A stretch of 64,000 bases of DNA. Origin: Zootoca vivipara (taxonomy: Eukaryota). The notes below the pieces were generated by a model that saw only the letters and a program-made list of their open reading frames with translations, had not been told where the DNA came from and did not search any database. Both the position numbers and the translations under genes were made by a program. The stretch spans positions 34,100,001 through 34,164,000 of the forward strand of contig NC_083280.1 of NCBI RefSeq assembly GCF_963506605.1, given 5' to 3'. Positions 50,017-62,984 of this stretch are shown piece by piece. Within the stretch, counting starts at the first letter, position 1. Each line of letters begins with the position of its first letter.

Positions 50017-51372
50017 TTTGTTGTTGTTGTTTAGTCGTTTAGTCGTGTCCGACTCTTCGTGACCCCATGGACCATAGCACGCCAGGCACTCCTGTCCTGC
50101 ACTGCCTCCCACAGTTTGGTCAAACTCATGTTCGTAGCCTCGAGAACACTGTCCAACCATCTTGTCCTCTGTCGTCCCCTTCTCCTAGTGCCCTCAATCT
50201 TTCCCAACATCAGGGTCTTTTCCAGGGAGTCTTCTCTTCTCATGAGGTGGCCAAAGTATTGGAGCCTCAGCTTCACGATCTGTCCTTCCAGGGAGCACTC
50301 AGGGCTGATTTCCTTAAGAATTGATAGGTTTGATCTTCTTGCAGTCCATGGGACTCTCAAGAGTCTCCTCCAGCACCATAATTCAAAAGCATCAATTCTT
50401 CGGCGATCAGCCTTCTTGATGGTCCAGCTCTCACTTCCATACATCACTACTGGGAAAACCATAGGTTTAACTATACGGACCTTTGTAGGCAAGGTGATGT
50501 CTCTGCTTTTTAAGATGCTGTCTAGGTTTGTCATTGCTTTCCTCCCAAGAAGCAGGCGTCTTTTAATTTCGTGACTGCTGTCACCATCTGCAGTGATCAA
50601 GGAGCCCAAGAAAGTAAAATCTCTCACTGCCTCCATTTCTTCCCCTTCTATTTGCCAGGAGGTGATGGGACCAGTGGCCATGATCTTGGTTTTTTTGATG
50701 TTGAGCTTCAGACCATATTTTGCACTCTCCTCTTTCACCCTCATTAAAAGGTTCTTTAATTCCTCCTCGCTTTCTGCCATCAAGGTTGTGTCATCTGCAT
50801 ATCTGAGGTTGTTGATATTTCTTCCGGCAATCTTAATTCCGGTTTGGGATTCATCTAGTCCAGCCTTTCGCATGATGAATTCTGCATATAAGTTAAATAA
50901 GCAGGGAGACAATATACAACCTTGTCGTACTCCTTTCCCAATTTTGAACCAATCAGTTGTTCCATATCCAGTTCTAACTGTAGCTTCTTGTCCCACATAG
51001 AGATTTCTCAGGAGACAGATGAGGTGATCAGGCACTCCCATTTCTTTAAGAACTTGCCATAGTTTGCTGTGGTCGACACAGTCAAAGGCTTTTGCATAGT
51101 CAATGAAGCAGAAGTAGATGTTTTTCTGGAACTCTCTAGCTTTCTCCATAATCCAGCACATGTTTGCTATTTGGTCTCTGGTTCCTCTGCCCTTTCGAAA
51201 TCCAGCTTGCACTTCTGGGAGTTCTCGGTCCACATACTGCCTAAGCCTGCCTTGTAGAATTTTAAGCATAACCTTGCTAGCGTGTGAAATGAGCGCAATT
51301 GTGCGGTAGTTGGAGCATTCTTTGGCACTGCCCTTCTTTGGAATTGGGATGTAGACCGATCTTCTCCAATCC
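50017..51372 (-). mobile_element. Bov-B (RTE) LINE, 5'-truncated, RT frame uninterrupted
   Basis: 412-aa ORF with QAGFR, FIDY, GVRQGCILSP and YADD; (CAA)n tail; TSD TCTTAGGTAT. Confidence 0.97.
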
Positions 51373-51439
51373 TCTTAGGTATAACTGGGCACAATTTAAC
51401 ATATCCGTTACTTCTCCACTTTATTTCTCTTGAAGAATA

Positions 51440-51646
51440 CAGTGGTACCTCTGGTTAAGAACTTAATTCGTTCCGGAGGTCCGTTCTTAACCTGAAACTG
51501 TTCTTAACCTGAAGCACCACTTTAGCTAATGGCACGCCGCCAGAGCACGATTTCTGTTCTCATCCTGAAGCAAAGTTCTAAACCTGAGGTACTATTACTG
51601 GGTTAGCGGAGTTAACCTGAAGCATTTGTAACCCGAGGTACCACTG
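51440..51646. mobile_element. Tc1/mariner-type MITE
   Basis: Perfect CAGTGGTACCTC TIRs; TA TSD. Confidence 0.85.
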
Positions 51647-51951
51647 TACAAATAAAAATGGTGGAGCCATTTGAAGTTTAGAAAAGTTTAGTTTTTCTTG
51701 ATTAAGCAGGAAACGGTATTAGAATATTAACTTGCATTAAATGCTTGATGTTGCAAACCTGAGTAGGAGATTTGGATTTTCAGGAGAGAGGTGCTTGGAC
51801 AGTTCCTACAAGTGGCATGTTAAAATGTTAGCCATGCCTGAATGTTCCATGATCACTGTTCTTCCTAAAAAACAAATGTTGATGCATTAATTTCTAATAT
51901 GAATCCTCCATATTTAAATCCCTGTCCCTGTCCCAGTAACTGAAACAAATA

Positions 51952-52625
51952 CAGTGGTGCCTCACACAACGAAAAACTCGCTAGACGAAAGAGTTTTGCG
52001 TTGCGCGAGGCATTTGTAAGACAACAAAATTTTCTATGACCGCCGCTTCGTCTTACGAAGCGCGGCCATAGAAAGTGACAAAGGAAGATCAGCTCTCAGC
52101 GCGGGAAGCTGACAGCTGATCTTCCTTTGCCAGGGGGGACGGAGCCGAAATGCGGCGGTGCGGCGGCTGCCCCTGCCTGTCTTCCCCTTGGCTCCGGGAA
52201 GACAGGTGGGGGCAAGCAGCGCCCGCCGCGATTCGGCTCTGTCCCCCAGAGCCACAGCACCGCTGCGCACAGCCGGGGAAGACAGGCGGGAGGCGGCGGG
52301 GGAGAGAAGCGCTAAGCGCTTCTCCCCCCCCCCCCATCGCCTCGCTGCGTACCGGCGGCATGAGACGGCGCTTCGGAGACCTTCTCAGATCAGATCTGCA
52401 CTGTGGTGGTCGGGGTGGGGGGAAAGCGGAGTCCACTTCCCCCCCCCACCCTGACCGACACAGCGTCCCCCGGAGCCGAAGTGCGGCGCTGCGGCCGGGG
52501 GCTTTTCGTCGTTTGCCTTCCCCGAGCCAAGGGGGAGGCAGACAGTGAAAAGCCGCAGCGCCGCACTTCGGCTCTGGCACTGGCTTGGCGGCGGTGGGGG
52601 AAAGGCGCAGGGTCGTTCATGACCT
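51952..52625. mobile_element. GC-rich Tc1/mariner-type non-autonomous element (right end not found)
   Basis: TA-CAGTGGTGCCTC left TIR; internal GGAGCCGAA(A/G)TGCGGCG repeats. Confidence 0.6.
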
Positions 52626-54671
52626 GACAACCTGGTGTAAGCTGGCAAAAGCAATGGTGTAACTCAAGCTTGTGTCAGAGTTAGGCTACCTCAGCCAGCA
52701 GTAGACTTGTTGCTGAATGGGTTTAGATCTGGTGCACTTTATACTCGCCTAATTTATGCTGGTTTGCTTTACGCCACTTTCTTGTGTATAGAATTACTCC
52801 CTTGACCAGTATGGAAAAGGTATCTGAGAGCCTTTTAAAGAAGCTCTTCAACTATTCTTGCACTCTGAAATTTGATCCTGGGGGGGGGGGGGAATACAGC
52901 ACTATCTCTGTTCTGCATTAATCTCCTGGGCTGTTAACAAGGCAATGAAACTTCTTTAAAATGTAATTTTAAATACTGTATTTGAAGCTAAAGTGTGTCA
53001 AGAATGTGTTTATTGCAAAAACAATTGTTACTTTTCTTATTCCAAAATGACAGAATCGTGCAAATTTTGCTGACCTCACAAAGTGTATGCCTCAACCATT
53101 TCTGTCCAGAATGACCACTGTTATATTAATATAAGTTTGAATGTCTTACTCAGTTTAGCTTGTGTGGTTTCCACTGTGGAGCTTCTTGATGCACAAGAGA
53201 AAATAATGCTTTCCTAAAAGATGATCTACATATGTAAGCAGTCTGCTTGCATCAGATGCCAAATAATTGATATAAGGCAGTTTAAGTTCTGGCTTCCTTC
53301 AGTTTCTAGTTGTTTTGTTTATGGAGTTCAGCTCATCATCCTCAGATGTGCTGGTAAACAAGTAACGCCCCCAGTTTCAGTGGGACTTACTCCCTTGTAA
53401 AAGTGCACAAGACTGTTGTCTTGCAGTACAATATTTTGCATGTTTACTGTGAAGTAAGTACCATTACAATCAGCATGACTTACTCCCAAACAAGTGTGCA
53501 TAGGGTTGCAAACTTAGTTGCATAAATCATTTTTACTTTTATCATGGATTATATTATAAGTGGCCTTGCCTTTACCAAGATTCAAAAACACTCATAGCAA
53601 ACTTGATGCAGTCAGCCAGGTAACGGTCTCAGAGTGGTATGGGTGAGAAGTCCTTAGTTAGAGTACAATATACATTAGGAGGCTTAGTTTGGTTAGAATA
53701 AAGCATACACTTCCAGAGTTAACATTACCGGTAAATACATTACTTCTGGTAAATGAGGCACCATAGCCACTAGAGGGCCATGAAAATTTGTGTCCTGGTC
53801 TTTTTAGACTCATCATGGTCTTTTTAGACTCATCAATCCATGTACTGTACTGTACTGTCTGAAAACAAAGGGGCACATTGGCGTAGCCAAGATTTTTGTT
53901 GGGGGGCAGGCTTTTGTTAGGAGGGCAGAACCTTGGATTTGTATTGATTTTGATGGGTTATTGAGGGGGGCAGCTGTCCCTTCTGCCCCCCTTGGCTATG
54001 CCCATGGCCAGATGTGAAATACATTGGCATTATTATTAGCTCTCCTACTATGACTATGTGGGTCAATTAGGCACATTAGGAGATGTTGGCTGCTTTTTTT
54101 AAAAAAAGAATGGATTGTGATGGTAGTAGAGACATAGTGGAAATAAATGTCTCAAAATTATAATTAGATGTGTGGGCAAAAGATATATTTGGAACTGTAG
54201 TACACTTTCTTGTATATGCCTTTGTATTTAATGCCTGAAAAGCATGGATTATTTTTGTAGTTTGTGTTTAGTTCAAGGGGTTGTATGGTTCCTGAACACT
54301 AACTTTATGCATATTTGATTGGCTTCCTGTTTCACTCACTGGTCCTTTTAACAATTTCTTTTTTGTTTTGTTTTTGAGATTGCTGGGTTAGGCTGCAAAT
54401 ACACATCTCCTAAATTAGTAAGTAGGATGTGTCACAAGCACTGGCGGGGGGAGCATACTGCTCCCGGCAGTGCGATCCCGGTGGGGTGCCATTGCATCTC
54501 CTCCTCCCCCCCCCCCCGAGCTGGGCGCCCTGCCTCTGCAGGTTGTGTGCCCCGCTCCCAGGACACACGCCAGCCCCACCCCTGCCTGCTCTCCACCACC
54601 ACCCCCTGTGCCAGAGCATGAAGCTCCGCCACTGGTCACAAGTAATGTGTGTCTGATTGGCAAAAGTTATT

Positions 54672-55080
54672 ACTCGAGTATAAGCCGACCTGAATATAAG
54701 CTGAGGCACCTAATTTCACCTCAAAAAAACTGGGAAAATTTATTAACTTGAGTATAAGCCGAGGGTGAGAAATGCAGCAGCTACTGGTAAATTTCAAAAA
54801 TAAAAATAAATACCATCCTATGCCTTTCCCAGCTGTCGGCAGCACGGTGGGGGGAGAAGCGGCGAGGAAGGATCCCTTCCTCGCCGCTTCTTCCTCCCCG
54901 CCGCCTCACACAGAGCAGGCATAGGACGGGGGTCTGGAGAGTCGCAGTTCAGCACTTATCTGAACCCCTGGTCCTGTGCCTTTTTCCTTCGCCGCCCACC
55001 TCACTCGAATATAAGCCGAGGGCGGCTTTTTCAGCACGTTTTTGGTGCTGAAAAAGTAGGCTTATACTCGATTATATATG
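54672..55080. mobile_element. Tc1/mariner (Tc2/pogo-like) MITE
   Basis: TACTCGAGTATAAGCC / GGCTTATACTCGA inverted ends; internal TATAAGCCGAG repeats. Confidence 0.7.
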
Positions 55081-55275
55081 TAATTCTAGGTGGCTAAATA
55101 GCTTAATGAAGGGTATCTAGAACCACTCTGAGATAATGGTCTGGTTCACATGGAGAGGCCAAGAAATGTACTATTCAATGAATAGAAATGTCATTACTGG
55201 AAGTTAGACCTCTGGTTTAACTACTAGTACTATAACTTTGGTGTGCTATGCCTCCGGTACACAGGAGCATATTAG

Positions 55276-55830
55276 TACCCGGAAACTACAACTAATCCAG
55301 AATGCGGCCGCTAGACTGGTGACTGGGAGCGGCCGCCGAGACCACATAACACCGGTCCTGAAAGACCTACATTGGCTCCCAGTACGTTTCCGAGCACAAT
55401 TCAAAGTGTTGGTGTTGACCTTTAAAGCCCTAAACGCCCTCGGTCCGGTATACCTGAAGGAGCGTCTCCACCCCCATCGTTCTGCCCGGACATTGAGGTC
55501 CAGCTCCGAGGGCCTTCTGGCGGTTCCCTCACTACGAGAAGCCAAGTTACAGGGAACCAGGCAGAGGGCCTTCTCGGTAGTGGCACCCACCCTGTGGAAT
55601 GCCCTCCCACTAGAGGTCAAAGAGAACAACAACTACCAGACATTTAGAAGGCATCTCAAGGCAGCCCTGTTTAGGGAAGCTTTTAATGTTTGATGGATTT
55701 CTGTATTTTAATGTTTGATGGATTTCTGTATTTTAGAATTTCTGTTTTGTTGGAAGCCGCCCAGAGTGGCTGGGGGAACCCGGCCAGATGGGCGGGGTAT
55801 AAATAATAAATTATTATTATTATTATTATT
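55276..55830 (+). mobile_element. L2 LINE 3' fragment, young
   Basis: Open frame RKLQLIQNAAARL...ALFREAFNV; (TAT)n tail. Confidence 0.92.
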
Positions 55831-56693
55831 ACTCATGTGTAAGAATAAGCTGGGATGTTGTGCAAAGCTATAGTTTGGTAGCAGCAGTAGCATTTTGATT
55901 TTGCAGAATGCTTTTATTTTGTGTCATAGCTGAACTGTCTGTTGCACATACTTTTTCAATACAGAGTTCATCTTGTGTACAGAAATCTTTAAAAATATTG
56001 CTCTGAGATCATTGGTGGCACAAACTTTATTGTATTATAATTATTGCCATATATTTTGGCATTCTTTCAGTAGCAGAGTTATTCTGCTAATTTGAGATCT
56101 TGAGCATGTCTTAATTTGGTGCCTTCTTGTTAGAGCCCATCAGTATGAACATTTGTGCCTGAACCACAATTTTCTAGCCTCTGAATTTATTTAAATGAGT
56201 TTTGTATACACACACTAGTACTTTAATGACTGCCAGCCAATTCCATGTCAATTTGAAGTTTGTGGGGTCCAATCCACAAATATGGTGTGCTGAACTGACC
56301 ACTTGTGCTGCCTGTCCTCACTCCTTTAAATCCCAGCACAACTGAGGCAGTAATGCCCTCTCTTACTGCTTTGAAATAACCAGCCGTGCTGTTGTGATCT
56401 ATGAGAGTATTTGCAACATCTTGAAGGCAGTGATGGCCATCAACTTCAATAGATTTAAAAGAGGATTATACAGACTCGTGGAGAATAAGGCTATTAATGG
56501 CTATTAGCCATGTTGGCTATTCTCTTCCTCCACAGTTGGAGGCAGTATGCTTCCAGTTGCTGGAAACTGCAGAAGTTCAGAAAGTGCTCCTGTGCTTTGG
56601 TCCTGCTTGTGGGTTTTCCACAGGGACTTGGTTGGACACTGAGAGAACAGGTTGCTAGACTAGATGGGCCATTGGCCTGATAAAGCAGGCGTT

Positions 56694-57878
56694 GTTGTTG
56701 TTTAGTCGTTTAGTCGTGTCCGACTCTTCGTGACCCCATGGACCATAGCAGGCCAGGCACTCCTGTCTTGCACTGCCTCCCGCAGTTTGGTCAAACTCAT
56801 GTTCGTAGCTTCGAGAACACTGCCAACCATCTCGTCCTCTGTCGTCCCCTTCTCCTAGTGCCCTCCATCTTTCCCAACATCAAGGTCTTTTCCAAGGATT
56901 CTTCTCTTCTCATGAGGTGGCCAAAGTATTGGAGCCTCAGCTTCACGATCTGTCCTTCCAGTGAGCACTCAGGGCTGATTTCCTTAAGAATGGATAGGTT
57001 TGATCTTCTTGCAGTCCATGGGACTCTCAAGAGTCTCCTCCAGCACCATAATTCAAAAGCATCAATTCTTCGGCGATCAGCCTTCTTTATGGTCCAGCTC
57101 TCACTTCCATACATCACTACTGGGAAAACCATAGCTTTAACTATACGGACCTTTGTAGGCAAGGTGATGTCTCTGCTTTTTAAGATGCTGTCTAGGTTTG
57201 TCATTGCTTTTCTCCCAAGAAGCAGGCGTCTTTTAATTTCATGACTGCTGTCACCATATGCAGTGATCAAGGAGCCCAAGAAAGTTAAATCTCTCACTGC
57301 CTCCATTTCTTCCCCTTCTATTTGCCAGGAGGTGATGGGACCAGTGGCCATGATCTTGGTTTTTTTGATGTTGAGCTTCAGACCATATTTTGCGCTCTCC
57401 TCTTTCACCCTCATTAAAAGGTTCTTTAATTCCTCCTCACTTTCTGCCATCAAGGTTGTGTCATCTGCATATCTGAGGTTGTTGATATTTCTTCCGACAA
57501 TCTTAATTCCGGCTTGGGGTTCATCTAGTCCAGCCTTTCGCATGATGAATTCTGCATATAAGTTAAATAAGCAGGGAGACAATATACAACCTTGTCATAC
57601 TCCTTTCCCAATTTTGAACCAATCGGCTGTTCCATATCCAGTTCTAACTGTAGCTTCTTGTCCCACATAGAGATTTCTCAGGAGACAGATGAGGTGATCA
57701 GGCACTCCCATTTCTTTAAGAACTTGCCATAGTTTGTTGTGGTCGACACAGTCAAAGGCTTTTGCATAGTCAATGAAGCAGAAGTAGACGTTTTTCTGGA
57801 ACTCTCTAGCTTTCTCCATAATCCAGCGCATGTTTGCTATTTGGTGTCTGGTTCCTCTGCCCTTTCGAAATCCAGCTT
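56694..57878 (-). mobile_element. Bov-B (RTE) LINE, 5'-truncated, with a stop and a frameshift
   Basis: Highly similar to the 50017 copy; TSD GCAGGCGTT; inserted into the tail of an older CR1-like fragment (about 56420-56690). Confidence 0.96.
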
Positions 57879-58838
57879 GCAGGCGTTATGTTATGTTAAA
57901 GAGCTATCAGTAGATTTGTTGATAGCTTTGACAGTTGTCTTTCATGATGTGATCCCAGTAACTTACCATTTCTCTCAATATAGATTTATGCAAATACATA
58001 TATCTAATTATTTGCTTATTCCCTCTTGTTACTAGCTGCTATTTGGTTCAAGGCTGTTTCTTGGTGTAAGAGGAATAGTAAGTTTCACAATAGAAAGTAT
58101 CCAAGTATGGCTAGCAGTACCGTAGTAATGTAGTTTAGCAATGCCCATAAATTGCAATTCCTCTTTCAACCAAAAGCAAATTATCTTGCATGCATCTCTA
58201 GATGGTTGGGAAGAAGAGTGGTGTATGATTGTGAAAGCTTGGGGGCAAGATGTAAAATGTCTAGAAAATCCAGTTAGGGTATATAAACCTTTGGTTCACC
58301 ACGGTTATATTAAGTCTCCTAAATGAGACTCTACTACACTCTAAAAGGGCTTTTGGATAATTTCTCTATCCTTCCATCATTTATATAGAAATGGTGAATC
58401 AGGAAATCAAAAGTGGTGATGTACCATATGACTTTCAACAATATACTAATTTTGTTAATACAACCAAAATATGAACTCATTTTTTCACAATTAATATTTA
58501 TGGGGTTAGATGCAAACTATGTTGGATACACTTAAGATCTGCTGACTTCAATGGGATCAAAGTGTGACTAACTTCATCTAGATTCAACCAGTAGTTCTTT
58601 GCATGCTTATTCAACAACTGTTTTTCTTCCTCCTAGGTGAACTCAAATGTAAAATTTGAAAATGCTGAATACTGATAACAAAAATGGCTTTAAAAATATC
58701 AGAACTGTACAGCAGCTTGTGCTAAGTACAGGTATTCTGTTCTATAACTGAGGAGCTGGATTCTGAACTATATAAAACAATTTGAACTCTTTGAAAATAT
58801 TTTATAACAGTCATTGGCCCTGAAGTTCTTTGCTCAAA

Positions 58839-59062
58839 ATGAGTGAATATTTGGAAATGGCAAATGCAGAAAACATGGATATTCAGATGAAGAATGAACA
58901 GAATTTGGATGCCCTTCAGGAAGATATTGAAATGAATGGTGGATCCAGTGCAAATGATGCAAGTGAAAATTACTCCAGTGGGCATGATTCACATAGCAAT
59001 GAGGGTGAAGAAAATGGGAAAGAGGCAACTATGATTATGGAATCTTTAGACTGTTATAAAAG
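58839..59062 (+). CDS. PER2: PER2 first coding exon (MSEYLEMANA...ESLDCYK)
   Basis: ATG at 58839 with A at -3; aligns to PER2 LQEDVDMSSGSSG...NCSTGRDSQG...GKE; donor AAG|GTAATG, phase 2. Confidence 0.88.
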
Positions 59063-59435
59063 GTAATGATGCTACACAGTAGTTCTGGTTGTATGAATGA
59101 GTGTGTGTATGTATGTATATGTAACATGCACTAATGTAACTACAGAATCATCCAATATGGTGCCTTGGATATGCTTCACTCATCAGTCATTTATATGGAG
59201 ATACTGAGAGTGTTAGTGGTTTTTAAGTCCTAACTTGAGATGTAATATGCTCACATCTTATGAGGGGGTTTCGGTTCCAAGGGTAAAGTGTATACGCAAA
59301 AGTCACCTATAGTCAAAATCATGTTTCCCTTGGAGCTGGGCTGCCGCAAACTGAGGAGGGACCAGAGCCAGCATGCTGAACAGAAAGCAAGGCGAGAGTT
59401 TGAATGCTCTTTTCACTCTGTGTCCTCTTGGGTTA

Positions 59436-59788
59436 GGTAAAGGTAAAGTGACCCCTGACCATTAGGTCCAGTCGTGACCGACTCTGGGGTTGCGCGCTCA
59501 TCTCGCATTATTGGCCGAGGGAGCCGGCGTATAGCTTCCAGGTCATGTGGCCAGCATGACAAAGCCGCTTCTGGAGAACCAGAACAGCACATGGAAACGC
59601 CGTTTACCTTCCCGCTGTAGCGGTTCCTATTTATCTACTTGCATTTTGACGTGCTTTCGAACTGCTAGGTTGGCAGGAGCTGGGACCAAGCAACGGGAGC
59701 TCACCCCGTCACAGGGATTCGAACCGCCGACCTTCTGATCAGCAAGCCCTAGGCTCAGTGGTTTAACCACAGCGCCACCTGGGTCCCT
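59436..59788 (-). mobile_element. Sauria SINE in a PER2 intron
   Basis: Full length; 15-bp TSD TGTCCTCTTGGGTTA (59421-59435, 59789-59803). Confidence 0.92.
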
Positions 59789-60331
59789 TGTCCTCTTGGG
59801 TTACAAGGCACCAAAATAACTTTTAAGCTCTCTACCTTGCTTCTCAGGCAAGGCCTGTTTGATGTGCTGGCTCTGGGACCAGCAGAGATGCTGTCATGAG
59901 ATCTCACAGGATGTCAGACAGACCTGTGAAATCCCATGAGGGCATCCCTACTACGTTAAGAATAAGGCTTCTACTACGAGAATTGTGTTGCACTAGCAGC
60001 TGCTGCATTTAGATCTCACCCACTGAAATAAAAGAGACCTACATTAGTCTTGTCCATTAATTTCATTGGGTCTGCTCTCAAGTAATCTCTTTTATATTAA
60101 ATAACAGTAAATTAAGAATGATCATACCACACATTTTTTAGATCCTTATATGAACAAACAGTCCATATAAGGAAGAAATAATTATAAATCTCAGTTGTCT
60201 TAAGAGCAATGTATACCCAGTCTACATGCAATTAATCATTTTGCTCTTTTAATTAATAAACATTAAGAACTTGGGCTTTGCAGAATACAAACTACATTTA
60301 AACCAGAATTGTTTTTGTTCAGGTTGTCTAG

Positions 60332-60486
60332 CAGCGAACTATCATCTAAATCTAAAACCCAGAAGGAAGTAATAAAAACATTGCAGGAATTAAAAAGGCA
60401 TCTTCCTCCTGATAAAAGGATCAAAGGCAAACCTAGTATCCTGGCAACTCTGAAGTATGCGCTTGGAAGCATTAAGCAAGTTAGAG
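60332..60486 (+). CDS. PER2: PER2 exon (SELSSKSKTQKEVIKTLQELK...LKYALGSIKQVR)
   Basis: 155 nt, phase 2 to 1, AG/GT; alternative in-frame acceptor at 60323. Confidence 0.92.
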
Positions 60487-61059
60487 GTAACTATATCAAA
60501 CCTTCTGTTGAATCAGTGAAATTTAAACTTCATTGTCGAACTACAGTAGCAAGCAGCAAGAGAGATGCTGAATTAATAACTGTCTCTTAGTATGCTGGTT
60601 GGATTCCTGGAGCATTTTATTTGTCATAATCTTCCTCTTCTTGGTCTTTACTTTCTTCAACTAAAACACTAGGGTGGGACTTGTTTGATGTCTATTCAGT
60701 ATGAACACATATTGCACATGAACAGTGTGAAAGCATTGCAGAGTAAAAATTTCAGATTAACTGCTGTAAAACAAGATACCACTTGCATGTTTAGACACAT
60801 TCACTCTCTCTTGCCTTACCTGCCACCTGAGAGGTGGTGTCATAACCCGAGGTGGGGGAGGGTTTTACCCTCTACCTGCTTAGCAACCTGAGAAGGGGTT
60901 GTCTTTTCTGAATGTTTGTTTAAGCCACTGGAAACCTTGATGGTAGAATGCTCACTCCTGAGCTACATTTCTGTTCTAATTACACTACCATGTATTCTTT
61001 ACAGAATATGATTTATTTTAAACAGTGTTATTCAAAATATAAACTTGGTTCTCCTGTAG

Positions 61060-61181
61060 CCAATGAAGAATATTACCAGTTGTTGATGACTAATGAAAGC
61101 TATCCTTGTGGCCTTGATGTATTGTCCTATACTGTGGAAGATGTTGAAAACATTACCACAGAATACATCATGAAGAATGCA
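61060..61181 (+). CDS. PER2: PER2 exon (ANEEYYQLLM...YIMKNA)
   Basis: 122 nt, ctcctgtAG / GTGAGT. Confidence 0.95.
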
Positions 61182-62145
61182 GTGAGTATCCTTGCCCATG
61201 AACACATGCACAAATGATTTTTTAAAAGACTGAACTGGGAGTTGCAGAAATTCACGGTTGTTAATAATCACAGCTTCTATATTTCTAAATCAAATAACAG
61301 CATCACCATGTTACATGACAGGCAGTGTGGTGTGGTGGTTAAAGTGTTAAACCTGGTCTATGAAATGTAGGTTCAAATTCCCTCTTGCCTGTAAATATCA
61401 CTGATGACCCCAGGGCAGGCTGTCTTCTACACACAGTTTGTGTGAGGTTACATTGGGGTAAGGAACTCAGATCCCCATGCTGCTTTCAGCTTTTGGGAGG
61501 AAAGGCAGAATAACATTGTAAGAAATGAAAAATAAAATCTAGAAAACTACTGCCTTCCAAAGTGAACAGAAAATGCTCTCTGTCTAGTTTCAGTGATATA
61601 TGGGGGATCTCTGTGAATTTCCATATTGCACTAATTTTGCAGCCTTTTGAGTGCTTCCAGAGGAAATTCAGTAGCATTAGAAAAACACTTGGGGCTAAAT
61701 TGATCCAACATTCATAATTGTGTAACCATAGTTAAAAGTCAAGAGTAAGCCATGGGGACCTATTCTTTCTAAGTAAATGGGAAGTCTGCCGCAAACAAGT
61801 GCAAAGGCAATCTGCAAGAAGGGGAAGAGGCAAAGAATAGTGTGTATTGATGACTGCTTGGAGTACCCCACACAATCTTATATGTAGTTACTCTTCTGGT
61901 GTGGCATCTAAGAAAATATGCTTTAGATTACAACTGCCAGATTTTTATTACAAAATCATTGATAAATATGCAGGTAAATACTAATACTCTTAACAAGGGA
62001 AAAAATGTAAACCTACCATGTCTCATTGCTTTAGAATATTTGTAACTCACAAAACTTCTGTTTAATATTTTCCCTGACTAAACTAATTTTGACTTGCTAT
62101 GTATTGGGTGCTTTATTGTGTGGTGTTTTTTGTTTTGTTTTTAAG

Positions 62146-62347
62146 GATATGTTTGCTGTAGCTGTTTCTTTGGCTACTGGGAAAATTCTGTACATCTCCG
62201 ATCAGGCTGCCTTTATTCTCCGCTGTAAGAAAGATGTATTTAAAAATGCCAAATTTGTGGAGTTTCTGGCACCTCAGGATGTCAGTGTGTTCTACAGCTC
62301 TACTACTCCATACCGATTGCCATCCTGGACTATTTGCAATGGAGTTG
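62146..62347 (+). CDS. PER2: PER2 exon, PAS-A (DMFAVAVSLATGKILYISDQAA...WTICNGV)
   Basis: 202 nt, AG / GTAAGT. Confidence 0.96.
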
Positions 62348-62739
62348 GTAAGTGTGTTTAAATTGTTGAGCAGTGGGGAGGCACATCTGCATTTGAGCCA
62401 CTAGGATATGTCTTTGCTTAATTGCTGTTTCTTTAGCTTTTTGCTCTTTTTAATTGGCACAGTCATTTGTAACTATTAGATACAAATCTTTTATATTCTG
62501 ATCTTTTTTGCTCATTTCATCTGGCTAATAGGATGATTAAGCACTGTACTTACATGCTCCAGAGAGGTGACTGTGTACGCCTGTTGCTGCAAAATCAACA
62601 AAAAAAGCCTTGTGGTACCTTTAAAAAAAAGGGAAAAAAATATTGTGGCAGAAGCTTTCATGGGGCTGAGCTTACTTAATTGAGTTATTTGTCTGATAAG
62701 GTGGACTCTAGGTGAGGAAAGCTTTTGTTACAGTAAGTA

Positions 62740-62984
62740 CAGTGGTACCTCTACTTACGAATTTAAGGCGTTCCGAACGCACATTTGTAAGTCGAAAAAA
62801 AATTGTAAGTCGAATTCCATAGGAATGCATTGGGAGAAAAAATTCGTAAGTCGAAGCAACCCTATCTAAAAATTCGTAAGTAGAAAAAAATCCTATCTAA
62901 ACTGCATCCAAGATGGCGGATGGAGCTCCATTCGTAAGTAGAAACATTCGTAAGTAGAGTTATTCGTAAGTAGAGGTACCACTG
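62740..62984. mobile_element. Tc1/mariner-type MITE
   Basis: Long perfect TIR CAGTGGTACCTCTACTTACGAAT; TA TSD. Confidence 0.9.

Noticed and set aside
60319-60340. TCAGGTTGTctAGCAGCGAA resembling SGC-SSE, as a remnant of the missing exon
   Set aside because: It is out of frame by 2 nt, the upstream sequence does not encode EHNPST, and it is explained by the splice acceptor; probably coincidence.
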